Shown: positions 63,033 to 64,000 of the stretch, in pieces
Position numbering within the stretch: the first letter of the stretch is position 1
Layout of the letters: the number at the start of each line of letters is the position of its first letter
Virus record (IMG/VR): IMGVR_UViG_3300017989_000002
DNA: 64,000 nt
From: a virus
Strand: one strand, 5' to 3'
The notes under the pieces: model-generated
Databases searched by the model: none
Seen by the model: only the letters and a program-made list of their open reading frames with translations
Told to the model about the DNA's origin: nothing
Made by a program: the position numbers and the translations under genes

Positions 63033-64000
63033 ATGACCACCGAGCCTGTCCCCCACTGCACGCACCCCGAGCACGCCGACCACCCCGTCCACGACCGGCA
63101 CCGCATCGAGGAGCGCGCGCGCATCAAGCGCGACAACTTCGCCTACCTGTACGGACGCTCCCTCACGGGACGCATCCAGACCGCCCACCCCAACCCCGAC
63201 GCGCGCCCCGGCGTCGACACCGGTCGCTTCCGGGACCACGAGCCGGAGATGCAGCGCATCCCCCGTCCCTTGAGCCCCGAGGCACAGGAAGTCCTCGACC
63301 AGTGGAAGCGCGCCTTCCCGGGCGTCGACCGCTTCGGCAACGGCTCGAAGTCGAACTTCCCCCGGCGCGAGGACTTCGACAACGACGAGGACTTCGAGAA
63401 GTACGGCGAGGTCTTCGTCGGCATCGACTACGGGCAGAGCGAGATGCGGGTGCTGAGCTCCTTCGGCACCCCGCAGGACGTCCTCAAGCGCATGGACCGA
63501 GGCGAGCCCCTCTCCCGCATCCTCTTCGTCGACCACGGCCGTGCGGTCGAGATGGCGAAGAAGTTCGAGGAGGGGGCCAACCCCGCTGCGGTGTCGGAGT
63601 TCATGCGGCAGCACTTCCCCGACAACGTGCCACCCGACACCCAGGGCGCTCCCTACACCTTCGGCAAGCCGGCGCCTGCTGGCGAGATCAAGATGCTGTC
63701 GATGGGCGCACACGTGCCGGGTCCTCCACCCTGCTCCATCTGCGCGGCAGACGCCGACCCGCCCACCTGCGAGCACATGACCGTGCCCGAGGGCTCGGAG
63801 CCGCTCGCCTCGGACGCGTGGCCTCCCTACGACGGCATGTGGATTCAGGACGCTCCCGCGCACCAGCCTGACTACAGCCGTGACCTCTTCGCCATCAGCC
63901 ACGACGCCGAGGGGCAGTTCCTCGACGCCGCCCGGCTGAAGAACGTGCACCACTCCGACAAGGACCTGGACCGCTCGCGGCGGGTCTACGAGAAGCTGAA
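63033..64000 (+). CDS. ORF running off the right edge; N-terminus carries shuffled family-A DNA polymerase motifs
   Basis: not in ORF track; own translation: ERARIKRDNFAYLYG, TGRIQTAHPN, TGRFRDHEPEMQRIP, FVGIDYGQSEMRVL; GGAG RBS; high GC3. Confidence 0.8.
   Translation, partial: MTTEPVPHCTHPEHADHPVHDRHRIEERARIKRDNFAYLYGRSLTGRIQTAHPNPDARPGVDTGRFRDHEPEMQRIPRPLSPEAQEVLDQWKRAFPGVDRFGNGSKSNFPRREDFDNDEDFEKYGEVFVGIDYGQSEMRVLSSFGTPQDVLKRMDRGEPLSRILFVDHGRAVEMAKKFEEGANPAAVSEFMRQHFPDNVPPDTQGAPYTFGKPAPAGEIKMLSMGAHVPGPPPCSICAADADPPTCEHMTVPEGSEPLASDAWPPYDGMWIQDAPAHQPDYSRDLFAISHDAEGQFLDAARLKNVHHSDKDLDRSRRVYEKL

Noticed and set aside
63033-64000. Calling the edge ORF a functional DNA polymerase I
   Set aside because: The motif order is scrambled, and there is no motif C, exonuclease or thumb region in the visible 322 aa.
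1-64000. Stop-codon reassignment
   Set aside because: Genes end normally at TGA and TAG with tight coupling; recognisable enzymes are uninterrupted under code 11.
1-64000. tRNA or rRNA genes
   Set aside because: No intergenic cloverleaf with a T-loop GTTCGA and acceptor stem was found by eye; tRNAscan-SE would be decisive.

Overview
This window looks like 64 kb of a large, high-GC (roughly 68-70% by eye), probably lytic tailed dsDNA phage with a likely contractile tail. A split RdgC pair and an SspB-like gene hint at a Myxococcota/deltaproteobacterial host (inference). Positions 1-12 kb (- strand) hold a tail module: a tape measure protein, two probable baseplate genes, an SNF2 helicase and a small basic protein, preceded by an HTH regulator. 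The rest is mostly tightly coupled, short accessory operons. These carry nucleotide/DNA functions (Dda/RecD-like helicase, double-domain ThyX, dNMP kinase, NUDIX, HD hydrolase, NADAR, SLOG, nucleotidyltransferase, DUF932, RdgC, OB-fold protein) and many hypotheticals. Single virion or lysis genes are scattered among them, mostly antisense. The main observations are: (i) ten copies of CGCATAAG(GACTTGGAG) at operon starts; (ii) a tail-chaperone G/GT pair with a GGGAAAC -1 frameshift about 29 kb from the tape measure gene; (iii) an ORF at the right edge, missing from the ORF track, made of shuffled family-A DNA polymerase signature peptides, plus small ORFs carrying portal-like and sigma-region-4-like fragments, possibly a set of decoy/mimic proteins; (iv) a membrane-anchored PAS sensor coupled to a holin-like gene; (v) a shared N-terminal E-x-E-K-L-A-A leader on small basic proteins. 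No tRNA, rRNA, CRISPR array, integrase or IS was recognised. All protein calls come from motif recognition by eye, with no database searches.
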